Below are positions 11,534 to 24,727 of a DNA stretch of 64,000 bases, one piece after another. Origin of the DNA: Octopus sinensis (Eukaryota); contig NC_043013.1 in NCBI RefSeq assembly GCF_006345805.1, positions 35,464,001 through 35,528,000 on the forward strand, written 5' to 3'. Numbering within the stretch: position 1 is the stretch's first letter; each line of letters starts with the position of its first letter. A model generated the notes under the pieces. The model searched no databases, was not told the DNA's origin, and worked only from the letters and a program-made list of their open reading frames with translations. Made by a program: the position numbers and the translations under genes.

Positions 11534-11974
11534 TATATATATTATGTAAGTCATATCGATAGAGATATATCATAATATATTTTTGATGTGTGAATCTGAA
11601 CATGTGTGAGAGTACATATATTTATTTATTTATGTATAAATGTGGATTATCAAAATTATTCTATTGCATAATTTGAATTTTATTCAATCTCACGGCCTCT
11701 TTGCCAAACCAGTGAATTGTTTATCAATTATTTCTCGTTGAGGTGGATTTTTTAGATGGCAAGAAACTCTTCCTGTCACTAAATTCCCACATGTTTCCAG
11801 GCAAAGAAATATTTCTGTATATCCATCTATGTTTTCATGGAATATAGGAAATGAACAGCACTACATGTCTGGCTGTGACACTTGTTTACAAGTATCTTGC
11901 AGCACATTAACAAGGAGGCATAAAGCCATACTCCATTACCACACCATCATCACATGCATAGACATATACACAAT

Positions 11975-12130
11975 GGGCTTCTTTTAGTTTCCGTCTACCA
12001 AATCTGTTCCCAAAACATTCATGAATTGGGATTATGGTAGAACATACTGGGTCGAGATGCCACTCAGTGAGACTGAACTAGTAACCATATAGTTGGGAAG
12101 CGAACTTCTTAACTGCACAGCCATGCCTGT
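11975..12130 (-). mobile_element. SINE family A head, diverged
   Basis: gggcttcttttagtttccgtctaccaaatc..cacagccatgcctgtgc. Confidence 0.7.
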
Positions 12131-12309
12131 GCTTCTATCTATAAATCTTAATATATTTGTATATGTGAAAGTGTGCATGTGTGAGTATACATAGAGTTGT
12201 CCATGAATGAATATGTGTATATTAATATATTTATTTACTTAAATTTACTTAAGTGTTTTGTAAAACAACTGTTTCCTTCCATCATATCCAATCCTTTTCT
12301 ATCATTTGT

Positions 12310-12315
12310 AAATTT

Positions 12316-12388
<73 letters not shown>

Positions 12389-12511
12389 ATAATATATATA
12401 CAGAAATATATATATATATATACAGAAATATATATATATATATATATATATATCTATATATATATATATATATACAGAAATATATAATATATATATTTAT
12501 ATATGTATGTA

Positions 12512-12564
<53 letters not shown>

Positions 12565-12570
12565 GTGTGT
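12310..12570. repeat. Compound TA/TG microsatellite. Similar tracts: 9200-9435, 13990-14135, 17745-17900, 25660-25940, 42240-42415, 45890-46300, 48955-49040, 60725-60820
   Basis: Direct reading. Confidence 0.95.
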
Positions 12571-13857
12571 AAAGTGAGCTCCTTGAGATTTACAAATATT
12601 TCTCTTTGTGTAAATTTGCTGCAAATAATTGTACATTTGTACATTTCTAAATCAATGCATTTGTTTGTTAATTCAAATGGTTTGTTTAAGTTCAATTACA
12701 TCAAAAACTAATTGCGTTCCATGAAGCTGAAGGAATTCCTTCTCTCCAACAACGATTTGTCTACTTTAAGTCTGAAGTAATGACACAAGTAATTTTGAGA
12801 AATGTTATAATTCAGTTTTTACATTAAAAGTGATTACAAAATACTTTATCAAAAATTCATTATATTCATTGATATATATTGATATATATATATATATTAA
12901 TTTCAGAACCAAAGCTGATAAATTATTGTCATACTTCAAGTAGGTGAATGCATGTGTGTGTGCGTGCTTGAGCGTTTATGTGTGTTTGTGTGTGTGTGTG
13001 TGCATGTGTGTCTTCATTCTTTTAATTAATGCCAGAGGCATCTTACAACTTTCCTGCAGTTTCATCTTATCCTTCCTACCATCACTACTATTGATACCTC
13101 TACTGAACCTTACCTTACCTTACCCGACCACCACCACCACCACCACCACCACACTCCATTCGGTTACTCACTAAGCCTACTTGCTGACATAGCGTGAAGA
13201 CCAATTCCTGTTTCAGGTTTGATCTCTTCAAGGAGGAGAGTCTGAAACAAAAACCAGATATTTTAGCTTGGCTGGATTAAACTGCAACACACCATACCGT
13301 TCCCTCTGCAACTCTATCAAATTAATAAATCTTAAGATAGGAAAGAAAGCTTCACAAAAGTAGTCTGCTGAACATTTTGTGGATTAGAATAATACTTGCA
13401 GATAATCTCCTAGTGACGCTCGTGTATAGAAATCTGACACCGATCATTACCATTGGAATTATTTCCAGATAGAAATCAAGCTTCAGTTAATTCCACTGCC
13501 CAAAAGTGCCAGTTCCAGAGAACTAAATACTCATATGAAATTCAGTAAGCCTTCATCGAATTCCATGCAATATTTCAATGAATGCTGGATCACAGAATTC
13601 CACACTAGCAGAACGACTCACAGAACAGGACTTTGTAGCAAATAGCATATACACTTCTTTGCATTGTTTTTCGGTTAAAAAACATGCGTACATGATTATA
13701 TACATATATGTATGTCTGTATCTATGTATGTATGCATGGATGGATGGATGGATGGATGGATGGATGGATGGATGGATGGATGGGTGGATGGGTATATGTA
13801 TGCGTATGTATGAATATATATGAATCAAACTGCTGAACAAGAAAATCAATACCCAGA

Positions 13858-13893
<36 letters not shown>

Positions 13894-13897
13894 TATA

Positions 13898-13990
13898 GGC
13901 ACGAAACGTAAAAGACTTTCTCACTTCCTGAGAGTTAAGCTAATGCATCTGTTTGTTGTTTACATCTGTTGTTTTTTTGTAAATTCTCAC
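13898..13990 (+). mobile_element. 5'-truncated, diverged copy of the ~190-bp hammerhead-like element
   Basis: ggcacGAAACGTAaaagactttctcacttcctgag..ctaatgcatctgtttgttgt..gtaaattctcac, with TA repeats on both sides. Confidence 0.7.
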
Positions 13991-14007
13991 TATATATATA
14001 TCTATAT

Positions 14008-14054
<47 letters not shown>

Positions 14055-14084
14055 GAAATATATATGTATATATATGTATATATG

Positions 14085-14117
<33 letters not shown>

Positions 14118-15667
14118 ATATATATATATATATTATTCTGATTTCTTTCTTCCTATAATTTGTTTGTCAGAAAGAAAGAGTTAACTTTAATTTAAGGTCC
14201 ATTGATTGCCCCTGTTAAGTGTAATGAAGAATTAACAGGTATAATTATGACATCAACTCATTCCATGTTTGAAACCTTTAGAGGTCAAGCTGAAGACTTA
14301 CTCGCCTGCAAATGTGTTCTTTATTAACAAAATGTATAGCATAAAATATTTCCTAATTGATGTGGAACACACGGATTCAGATCAATTTCTTCCCTATTAC
14401 ATATGTCATCAAGTGATTAACAATATATCACTCTCTCCATTGATAATGAACAACTCAATCATAAACTCTCTCTAAAAGTAACATACTAGTTAAAAAAAAC
14501 TATAAAAAAAAACTGCGGAAATTATCAAAATAAACTAAACTCTATTCACTCATATTATCATTTCTTAAATGATGTTAACAAGTTTTGAGACATAATATCC
14601 ATAATTTAGTTGTGAGATGAATAATATTAACAATCCAAATAATATAATCTTGATTGTCTCTTCTAATCTTAGCACCAACACATGAAAAATCGACAATTTA
14701 TATAATATGTTTTTGATTTCAAGACTTGTTATTGTTTAAAATATTTAATAACGGAATGATTTATTAGAGTACTATGAGGTCATTTTTCTCAAATATAATT
14801 TAGTGTTTTGAGCTATCGTGTAATTCATCTTGATTTAAAAATGAACACACATCAAGTATTATTTCGGTACAATACCGACAGATAGTACAACTTGATTCAT
14901 ATATTTATCATAGCAAGATTAAACAAAATAAATAGCATTCACTCTTCTATTAAGATGTGTTTGATATAAATACATATTCCACTGTATGTAATTCGATGAA
15001 TGTCTATGCAATAAATTTAGCTTTATTTGCATCAGTTAACCTTGCTACAAATAGAGATCATGCTACTCTAGGGAAAGATCAGTGTTTTTATCCACCTGCT
15101 TAAGACTACAGGATTTGAGTTAAGCATAAACATGATGCATTCTTGAGGCTTGTGAAATAGTTAACATAGGCTAACATGTTAGAATGAATATGCTTCAAGT
15201 AAAACATACATTTAAGTGCGGCTTGCATGTAAACGAAGGTATTACTACCACATACCAATAGAAATTTAAGAAAATATACAAAAGAAAATTCTTCACCTGG
15301 ATTGCGATCATTCACTTACCAAAGTGCTGCTAAGATCAAATTACAGGTGTTGACTTCTGTTTCTATGAAATAACTAAGTTTTATAGTTTCGTATTTGCTC
15401 TTCATCCAGATCTATCCATCTATTCTCCTTCAATCACTTGTGTCTCCTTTTCTGTCTCTCCCTTTTCTGTATCCCCTCAATCTTTTTGTCCTTGGAACTG
15501 CACCTCTTGGACCTTGCAATAGACTGGCGTCCCTTTGAAGGGAACTGTTGTGATCTCAGTCACATTTATGCTATAGAAGCTGAGCAATCAGCTGTATGAG
15601 TTTTGGGACTCAAGACAGTTATGTCTGGAGGCCAATGACGACAAACCCTTTTGGAATTATCTCCCTG

Positions 15668-15971
15668 TGGAGGCACATGGCCTAGTGGTTAGAGCAGCGA
15701 ACTCGTGGTTGAAGGATCGCGGGTTTGAATCTCAGATCGGGTGATGTGTGTGTTTATGAGCGAAACACCTAAGCTCCACACAGCTTCGGCAGAAGATAAT
15801 GGCAAGCTACTGCTGACTCTTTCGCCGCAACTTTCTCTCACTCTTTCTTCCTGCACCTTGCAGCTCACCTGCAATGGACTGGCGTCCCATCCAGGTGGGG
15901 AACCTATATGCCAAGAACTGGGAAACTGGCCCTTATGAACTAGGCATTGCTCAAGAAGGAACAAACAACAA
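15668..15971 (+). mobile_element. tRNA-headed SINE family D. Related copies: 30062-30310 -, 44040-44372 +; 3' fragments 22817-22980 + and 35619-35740 -
   Basis: A-box/B-box-like head tggaggcacatggcctagtggttagagc..gggtttgaatctc; shared ctctttcgccgcaactttctctcactctttc segment. Confidence 0.7.
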
Positions 15972-16302
15972 TTATCTCCCTGGCCAAGCCTTTCTTGAAA
16001 ACACTGACCTTCATTTACAGCCAAGTGAAAAAGCCTGGAAAAAGCATGAGTACTGCTCCTTCTGTGTTTGAATCAGTTCTTCTATTTATACCATCTAATT
16101 CAAATCAAAAGGATTAAATTGCAAATATGAGAATGTCATCTAAATCTCAAAGGGCCTTTAAGAAATTGTGCTTTTCAGACGTTCACTGATATAAAACTAA
16201 TGAGACAAACTTCTCCCTGGATGAGAAAGCAACGATCTATCTCAGACAACATTTCCAAATGATCTTATAGTTTGATGCACTGAGTCACATAAAACTAAAA
16301 GC

Positions 16303-16625
16303 AGTGGCACATAAAAAGAACCATCCGAACGTGGCTGTTGCCAGCACCGCCTCGACTGGCCTCCATGCCGGTGGCATGTAAAAAGCACCAACTGATCATG
16401 GTCAATGCCAGCCTCACCTGGCACCTGTGCTGGTGGCACATAAAAGCACCCACTACACTTACGGAGTGGTTGGCATTAGGAAGGGCATCCAGCTGTAGAA
16501 ACACTGCCAGATCAGATTGGAGCCTGGTGCAGCCTCCTGACTTCCCAGAGCCCGGTCAAACCATCCAACCCATGCTAGCATGAAAAATGGACGTTAAACG
16601 ATGTTGCTGATGATGATGAGGACGA
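16303..16625 (+). mobile_element. Family B interspersed retroposon with (GAT)n tail. Further copies: 24870-25330 +, 31942-32430 -, 32860-33012 +, 37432-37915 -, 40878-41113 +, 42862-43050 -, 56545-56720 -, 59715-60092 +, 60286-60337 +, 60363-60685 -
   Basis: Shared ggtggcacgtaaaaagcacc subrepeats, ggaagggcatccagctgtagaaac, and 3' end ccatgctagcatggaaaacggacgttaaacga(tga)n. Variable 5' truncation. Confidence 0.82.
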
Positions 16626-16669
16626 TATACACATACGCATATATATATGTATATATATTGCATCTACAA

Positions 16670-16821
16670 CAGGTTTTTTTTCAGTTTCTGTCTACCAAAT
16701 CATCTCACAAGGTTTTGGTTGGCCCAAGGCTATAGTAGAAGACACTTGTCCAAGATGCCATGCAGTGGGACTGAACCCAGACTCATGTGATTGGAAAGCA
16801 AGCTTCTTACCACACAGCCAC
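16670..16821 (-). mobile_element. SINE family A head
   Basis: tcagtttctgtctaccaaat..cttaccacacagccac. Confidence 0.8.
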
Positions 16822-17448
16822 ATTTCAGGCTTTTTTTGTTTTCGTTTTTGGGGAAGTGGGACTGAAACTTTCGAAACTTCTATTTACTGTTGAAAGCTAG
16901 TGGTGGTAATAGGTTATTGATGTAACAACAGATGTTAGCATCGGGATTCAGGGTGCAGATTTAAATGAATCCTTAAGTTTTAAACAGCCTTTTCATATCA
17001 TTTCATCATTACTGGAAAACATTGGAATATGTTGAGTGAAGATGGGATATGACACGTAGTGTTCTTTCTTTCTTTTAGGTGGTCATTACTTTATTTTTTT
17101 TCATTTTTATCCTTGTTACCAAAGCATTGAAGAATGCATTTGATTTGAATGAACTAGGTGTGCATGAAACATGATACTTTACCTCCTCTAGGATAAATGA
17201 GGGGTATAAATGATGCCACATGACAAATATCTTAGATTTAGACAATCCTAACTAAGCTCAGTTGAAGTAGTTATAACAGAATGCAAACACAATTTGCCAT
17301 TCAAATCCTTGTTTGTTTTTTTTTCTTATATTTCACACACAAATTCTGTTTATTATCAAAAACAAACCCCGTCATCAAATACAGAATTTAGAACTGTACA
17401 GAGAAATATTAACTCAACAAGACTGGTATTGTATTATTTTTTCATTTA

Positions 17449-17668
17449 AAGGCAGTGAGTTGACAGAAACGTTAGCATGCCTGGAAAAATGCTTAGCGGT
17501 ATGTCATCTGTCTTTATGTTCTGAGTTCAAATTCTTCCGAGGTCGACTTTGCCCTTCATCATTTTGGGGTTGATAAATTTAGTACCAGTTGGGTACTGGA
17601 GTCAATCTATTCGACAGGCCCCCTCCCAAAAAATCTCAAGCCTTGTGCCTAGAGTAGGAAAGATTATT
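17449..17668 (+). mobile_element. SINE family C. Further copies: 5011-5200 -, 5262-5398 +, 30385-30600 -, 30625-30838 -, 30958-31178 +, 31179-31375 +, 34750-34965 -, 36975-37170 -, 37212-37420 -, 37945-38145 -, 57105-57270 +
   Basis: aggcagtgagctggcagaa..gttcaaattc..gaggtcgactttgcctttcatcc..gataaattaagtaccag..ggccttgtgcctag, repeated across the window. Confidence 0.82.
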
Positions 17669-17742
17669 TTTTCATTTAGTTTCTTTTTCTATGCTTGGCC
17701 TATCATTATTTACTAAGGACTTCATTTTCCTGGGGGAAAAAA

Positions 17743-17784
<42 letters not shown>

Positions 17785-18786
17785 ATATATATGTATATCA
17801 TCATCATCATCATCATCATTAAACGATGATGATGATGATGATGATATATGTATGTATATATATATGTATGTATATATATGTGTATATATATATATATATT
17901 GTTTTTGCATGTGACATGTCCACACTCTTTTTTTTTCTTAATAAAATGAAAGCTAGTTCTTAAAATTGTGATGAGAGAAGCAACAAATAAAAGACACAAT
18001 AATACCTACAACATCAATACTGCAATGATTATGACAAAAAAATGCAGCAGCAGCAATAATGATGATGAAGAGGATGGTGGTGGTGGTGGTGTCACTACTA
18101 GTACTAATAATAATAATAATGATGATGATGATAATCACAGCAACAATATTGTCTCAGATTATTGTCTGAATTCACTCAAGAAATCTCAGAACTATTGTTA
18201 CAAAAACTCTATTAAACAACTTAGCATTTTAAAGAAAAGAGAGGAAGAAAAAGAAAAAAGCAAAAAAACATTTTCAATTTGCCAAGAAAAATAATCCTTG
18301 ATTTCAATGGTGGAGAAAATCCCAAAAGAAAAAAATATGAAAAAAAAAAATGAAAAAACAAAAACAAAAAAAAGGAAATTTTCATCAGGGTCTTAAAAGA
18401 ATTTTGGTGGGAATTATTATGCCCCTGCTGTTATTTCAGTTGAGTCAGAAGGTACTTTATGACAGAGCAGCCATTCACTTCAGGAAACCTAATTAGGAAA
18501 GACAGGGGCTGTATCCCTAGAGATATTGTGCGTTCTAGTTAAAGTTAAAAAGAACAAAAAAAGAACAAAAAAAACATGTCTGTTCTGAACATTGAAATTG
18601 AGATAAACTCATTATTTTAATCAATGTTTTTGTAATGGAATTCATTTTGTAATTATATCTGTTTCGTAACTTATGTTTTCCAAATTCACAGCTGTAAATA
18701 ATGCTCATTGCTGGTACCACTTAAAAATTATCAAAGTTAGGCTGGTTTCACCTCACACTTCTATGGTCTCTGATTTTTCACTCCCT

Positions 18787-18817
18787 TAAAACATACATAC
18801 ATACATACATACATACA

Positions 18818-18851
<34 letters not shown>

Positions 18852-19151
18852 CATACATATATAAATACATACATGCATACATATATATGTGTGTGTGTGT
18901 GTGTGTATAAATATGTATGTATTGCCTATATGTATATATATATATGTATGTATATATATATGTATATGTATGTATGTATACATACATATATGTGTGTATA
19001 TACATATATACACACATATATGTATGTATACATACATACATATACATATATATATACATACATATATATATATACATATAGGCAATACATACATATTTAT
19101 ACACACACACACACACACATATATATGTATGCATGTATGTATTTATATATG

Positions 19152-19183
<32 letters not shown>

Positions 19184-19197
19184 TGTATGTATGTATG

Positions 19198-19230
<33 letters not shown>

Positions 19231-19234
19231 TTTA
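18787..19234. repeat. ~450-bp palindrome built from compound microsatellite
   Basis: attgcc at 18921 mirrors ggcaat at 19081; the centre is at 19003/19004; the ORF track gives matching translations on both strands. Confidence 0.88.
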
Positions 19235-19304
19235 TTTATATATATATGTATACTTACATATATACGTATATATATATATATATGTATACTTACATATATA
19301 CATA

Positions 19305-19352
<48 letters not shown>

Positions 19353-20349
19353 CATACACACATACACATGATTCTTAGGTTTCAAAATAAATATATAATT
19401 ATTCACATATTGCACTCATTTAGTTTGACTATTTGATATTTACATACTTTTCTCCCCTCCTATGCGTCAATAATAATGCGATTGTTTGTGTATGTGTGTG
19501 TGTGTACAGAGATAGAGAGAGAGAGAAAGAGAAAGAGAGAGTGCAGGAAAGAGAGATATGGAGAGAGAGAGAGAGATTGAGAGAGTATAAAACTACGATT
19601 ACAAATTCATGCTATGCAGATTGCTGGTTCAGAGGAGAATAGAAGACTAACTTGAAGTCAATCTCCAAGAAAGCTTTCTTATTGGTCATTATTAAAAATT
19701 TCGGGAGTTTTATTTTTATTCATTTATTTCTTTATTTATCTGTTTTTTTTTTGTTTTTTTTTACGAAAGACAAGCCAAAGGAAAAAAAAAAATGTCACTT
19801 GGTTTCAACTGGCATGCTGCTGTTCAGTGTGACTGAACCAACCTTTCACGAAACAGATGTTTTGACTAACTCTGACAATTAACACTTCTCGACTCCTCAA
19901 CTCATTACGTGCGACTTCTTTTTAAGCATTTCAAAGAACAACAAACTGTTATTTGCGAATATTCACATTTGCTGCAGACTACAACTAGTCTAAACATTTT
20001 TCTATTTTTTTTTTTTGTCGTGTCAACAGAAAAACAGATATCATCACCATCGTCATCATCATCATTATTCTTATTGTCATCGTTATCATCATCGTCATCA
20101 TCATCACCATCATCATCATCACTACCATCACCACCGTCACAACCTCCATCATCGTCATCATCATTATTCTCATCATCATCGTTATCGTCATCGTCATCAC
20201 CACCACCACCATCATCATCATCATCGTCATCGTCACCAACACCACCATCATTATCATCATCATTGTCACCATCACCACCAGCATCGTCGTCATCATCATC
20301 ATCACCATCACCACCATCATCATTATCAGCATCACCACCATCATTGTTG

Positions 20350-20380
<31 letters not shown>

Positions 20381-20464
20381 AATCGCTATCATCACCACCA
20401 CCATTTTCGTTTAACATCTGTCTTAGGTAGGTAAGTAGACAGACAGACAGACAGTCAGTGAGAC

Positions 20465-20563
<99 letters not shown>

Positions 20564-20568
20564 CACAC

Positions 20569-20734
20569 GATGGGTTTCTCTCAGCTTCCATCTAGCAAAT
20601 CCACTCACAAGGCTTTGGCTGATCTGAAGCTACAGAAGAACACACTTAGTGAAGGTGCCAGGCAGTGGGATTGAATCCTGAACCATGTGGTTGTGAAACA
20701 GACTTCTTACCACACAGCCACACCTGTGCTCATA
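20569..20734 (-). mobile_element. SINE family A head (duplicated at 22312-22476)
   Basis: Match to the family A head; lies inside the 1.74-kb duplication. Confidence 0.8.
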
Positions 20735-20851
20735 CCTGTCTATTATACAAACTGAAGTATTTTGTCTTTTTTTCTGAAGCATTTAAATCTGCCTTTTAAA
20801 TAACCTAATTCAGAAAACTTATTCTTCCCTCTTTGATATATATATATATAT

Positions 20852-21039
20852 GTCACCATGATAGATCGTTAACCACTACACACATTCTTTCTCTCCTTGT
20901 TTTTTCTGTGTCCCTTTCTGTAGAAGAGCGTAGGCTCGAAACATAAAATACTTTTTCTATTCCTGAGCGTTATACTAATACATCTGTTTGTTTTGTACAC
21001 CACCTGTCTTCGTCTTTTGTTTTTTTCGTAAAATCTCCC
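20852..21039 (+). mobile_element. ~190-bp hammerhead-like non-autonomous element in (TA)n
   Basis: gtcaccatgatagatcgttaac...ctgtagaagagcgtaggctcgaaacataaaa...cgtaaaatctccc, with (TA)n on both sides. Homologous to 22595, 60821, 13898 and 61109. Confidence 0.8.
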
Positions 21040-21048
21040 TATATATAT

Positions 21049-21092
<44 letters not shown>

Positions 21093-22093
21093 TACACACA
21101 TACACATGATTCTTAGGTTTCAAAATAAATATATAATTATTCACATATTGCACTCATTTAGTTTGACTATTTGATATTTACATACTTTTCTCCCCTCCTA
21201 GGCGTCAATAATAATGCGATTGTTTGTGTATGTGTGTGTGTGTACAGAGATAGAGAGAGAGAGAAAGAGAAAGAGAGAGAGTGCAGGAAAGAGAGATATG
21301 GAGAGAGAGAGAGAGATTGAGAGAGTATAAAACTACGATTACAAATTCATGCTATGCAGATTGCTGGTTCAGAGGAGAATAGAAGACTAACTTGAAGTCA
21401 ATCTCCAAGAAAGCTTTCTTATTGGTCATTATTAAAAATTTCGGGAGTTTTATTTTTATTCATTTATTTCTTTATTTATCTGTTTTTTTTTTTGTTTTTT
21501 TTACGAAAGACAAGCCAAAGGAAAAAAAAAAATGTCACTAGGTTTCAACTGGCATGCTGCTGTTCAGTGTGACTGAACCAACCTTTCACGAAACAGATGT
21601 TTTGACTAACTCTGACAATTAACACTTCTCGACTCCTCAACTCATTACGTGCGACTTCTTTTTAAGCATTTCAAAGAACAACAAACTGTTATTTGCGAAT
21701 ATTCACATTTGCTGCAGACTACAACTAGTCTATACATTTTTCTATTTTTTTTTTTTTGTCGTGTCAACAGAAAAACAGATATCATCACCATCGTCATCAT
21801 CATCATTATTCTTATTGTCATCGTTATCATCATCGTCATCATCATCACCATCATCATCATCACTACCATCACCACCGTCACAACCTCCATCATCGTCATC
21901 ATCATTATTCTCATCATCATCGTTATCGTCATCGTCATCACCACCACCACCATCATCATCATCATCGTCATCGTCACCAACACCACCATCATTATCATCA
22001 TCATTGTCACCATCACCACCAGCATCGTCGTCATCATCATCATCATCACCATCACCACCATCATCATTATCAGCATCACCACCATCATTGTTG

Positions 22094-22124
<31 letters not shown>

Positions 22125-22203
22125 AATCGCTATCATCACCACACCATTTTCGTTTAACATCTGTCTTAGGTAGGTAAGTAGACAGACAGACAGTCAGTGA
22201 GAC

Positions 22204-22306
<103 letters not shown>

Positions 22307-22594
22307 CACACGATGGGTTTCTCTCAGCTTCCATCTAGCAAATCCACTCACAAGGCTTTGGCTGATCTGAAGCTACAGAAGAACACACTTAGTGAAGGTG
22401 CCAGGCAGTGGGATTGAATCCTGAACCATGTGGTTGTGAAACAGACTTCTTACCACACAGCCACACCTGTGCTCATACCTGTCTATTATACAAACTGAAG
22501 TATTTTGTCTTTTTTTCTGAAGCATTTAAATCTGCCTTTTAAATAACCTAATTCAGAAAACTTATTCTTCCCTCTTTGATATATATATATATAT

Positions 22595-22780
22595 GTCACC
22601 ATGATAGATCGTTAACCACTACACACATTCTTTTCTCTCCTTGTTTTTTCTGTGTCCCTTTCTGTAGAAGAGCGTAGGCTCGAAACATAAAATACTTTTT
22701 CTATTCCTGAGCGTTATACTAATACATCTGTTTGTTTTGTACACCACCTGTCTTCGTCTTTTGTTTTTTTCGTAAAATCT

Positions 22781-22783
<3 letters not shown>
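22595..22783 (+). mobile_element. ~190-bp hammerhead-like element (second copy within the tandem duplication)
   Basis: Near-identical to 20852-21039. Confidence 0.8.
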
Positions 22784-22818
<35 letters not shown>

Positions 22819-22981
22819 GGTGGTGATCCCTGCTGTACTCTTTCTCTCACTCTTTCGTCTGTTGGCCTGCTCGCTTAGCCAGTGGGGTGGCATCATTTGA
22901 AGGCTAAAGCAATGCGGATGCATTGTGACCAGCGATGTGAAGCAACATCTGATGGTCTGGTCGGTCACGTGGTCACGTGAT

Positions 22982-23024
<43 letters not shown>

Positions 23025-23499
23025 GATTAAATTAAATTTTAAAATATATATATATATGAAGAAAAGACTTCAAAAATATAGTAAAGTCTCAATAAAGTCC
23101 ATAGGGTTACAGATATGAGTACAAGAAGTATTGGCTGATAAATTATATGTCAATATAAAGCCATTAATAAATATCTAATCAGAATGAAAATCATTCAGAA
23201 GAGTACACTCAACTGATTCCACTCTGGCTTCTATAAATCTTCTACCTTTATTACCACAGTTCACAGCCTATAACCATCAGACGTCTGAAATTTAAGTAAA
23301 GAGAGACAGAGTGAGAGAGAGATAATCCCTAAGCAGTTCAGACGGTTCCAGACGAGACGAAATGATTGACTGCGTTCAGTTCTGTCTTTCACTTGCATGT
23401 CTCCATAATCAATGTAAGTATCGATAATAGTTGAATAAGACATCAAAAGCTCATCTCTGTATCTATAAACAGCAAAATGTCTGTGTGTCTGTGTGTATG

Positions 23500-23720
23500 T
23501 GTCTCCTTTATGCAAATCCAGTTTTTCACGTAAAAGGCTCGCATTTTCTATGAGCTTTCAAAACTGTCTGAGGGTGGTTGTGAAGATCTTTTCATTTCCC
23601 CAGTCACCCCAGAAAGCCATTAAGTTATTTTGCGGTCAAATTCAAGTTTTTCGCTTTCTTCTGCCTCCTTTTTAGTCCAACTAATGGCATGTGCTCAGTC
23701 CCACTAATTTTCCATGATTA
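23500..23720 (-). pseudogene. Highly decayed RTE LINE C-terminal fragment
   Basis: WTKKEAEESEKLEFDRKIT*WLSGVT resembles the RTE W.LKK.EE.KL..FERKILR...GVT segment. Confidence 0.4.
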
Positions 23721-24103
23721 TGCCATTCCAGGTGGGAAAACCGAAGTCTACAGCCACTCTTATGTAATTGGCTTTTGGTGAAAGAGGGAGTTTGACACTG
23801 CTGCCCTCTTTTGAGTTTCTTGCCATGATATAAGTTCATCTGGGACTATGAACAATAGGAAAGGAAGTTGTTTCTTGAAAACATCTAACCCCTACTCTAT
23901 GAAGATCCCTCTGATGTTTTGACAAGGCATTAAATAGCTATGGGCCCTTGAATCCCAACCTACTGCAGTACATGGTCCCCACTCTAGACAGGACCTTTGG
24001 AACAGTACAGTGACGTCCAGTTTAGGGGCTGGTATAGCTCTTGATGCAAGAGTTTGGTGCCAACTCCTCCAGGATAAAAGATAAGTATGTTAGTCTGTGT
24101 AAT

Positions 24104-24727
24104 TTAACCCTTTTGCGGCCATTTTTCTGTAGAGATGCTCTGTGTTTCTTTCAATTAATTTTAAATATAACAAAGAATTTAGTAAAATAACTTAGTTATT
24201 GTGACTAAGGTTTTCTGGAAGATTTTAATTCAAAACTTATGAAAACAAGACATTTGTACTACAGAGCCAGAGCCAGTTTCAGGAGGGTTGGTATCAAAGG
24301 GGTTAAGAATTGTTTCTCTATTATATATTTTAACCTTTTCGCTACCATATTTCTGTTGAGATGCTCTGTGTTTCTTTCAATTAATTTTAGATGTAACAAA
24401 GAATTTAGTAAAATAACTTAATTATCATTAAGCTAGTGTTAGAAACATAAATTGTGACTAAGGTTTGGTGGAAGATTTTAATTCAAAACATATGAAAACA
24501 AAATATTAGTACTACAGAGCCAGAGCCAGTTTTAGGCAGATTAGTATGAAAAGGGTTAAATATAACAAAGAATTTAGTAAAATAACTTAGTTATCATTAA
24601 GCTAGTGTTAGGAACATAAATTGTAAATAAGGTTTGGTGGAAGATTTTAATTCAAAACATGAAAACAAAACATTAGTACTACAGTGCCAGAGCTGGTTCC
24701 AGCCAGGTTGGTATTGAAACCATTAAT
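24104..24727. mobile_element. Cluster of three piggyBac-like MITE copies (24104-24306, 24330-24559, partial 24556-24727)
   Basis: TTAA-CCCTTT...AAAGGGG-TTAA termini and a shared ~200-bp body (aacaaagaatttagtaaaataacttag, actacagagccagagccag). Confidence 0.7.

Noticed and set aside
19820-19880. Hammerhead-like gtga..tcac-GAAAC-agat-GTT (duplicated near 21560-21620)
   Set aside because: No CUGANGA-type core in register and stem I does not pair.
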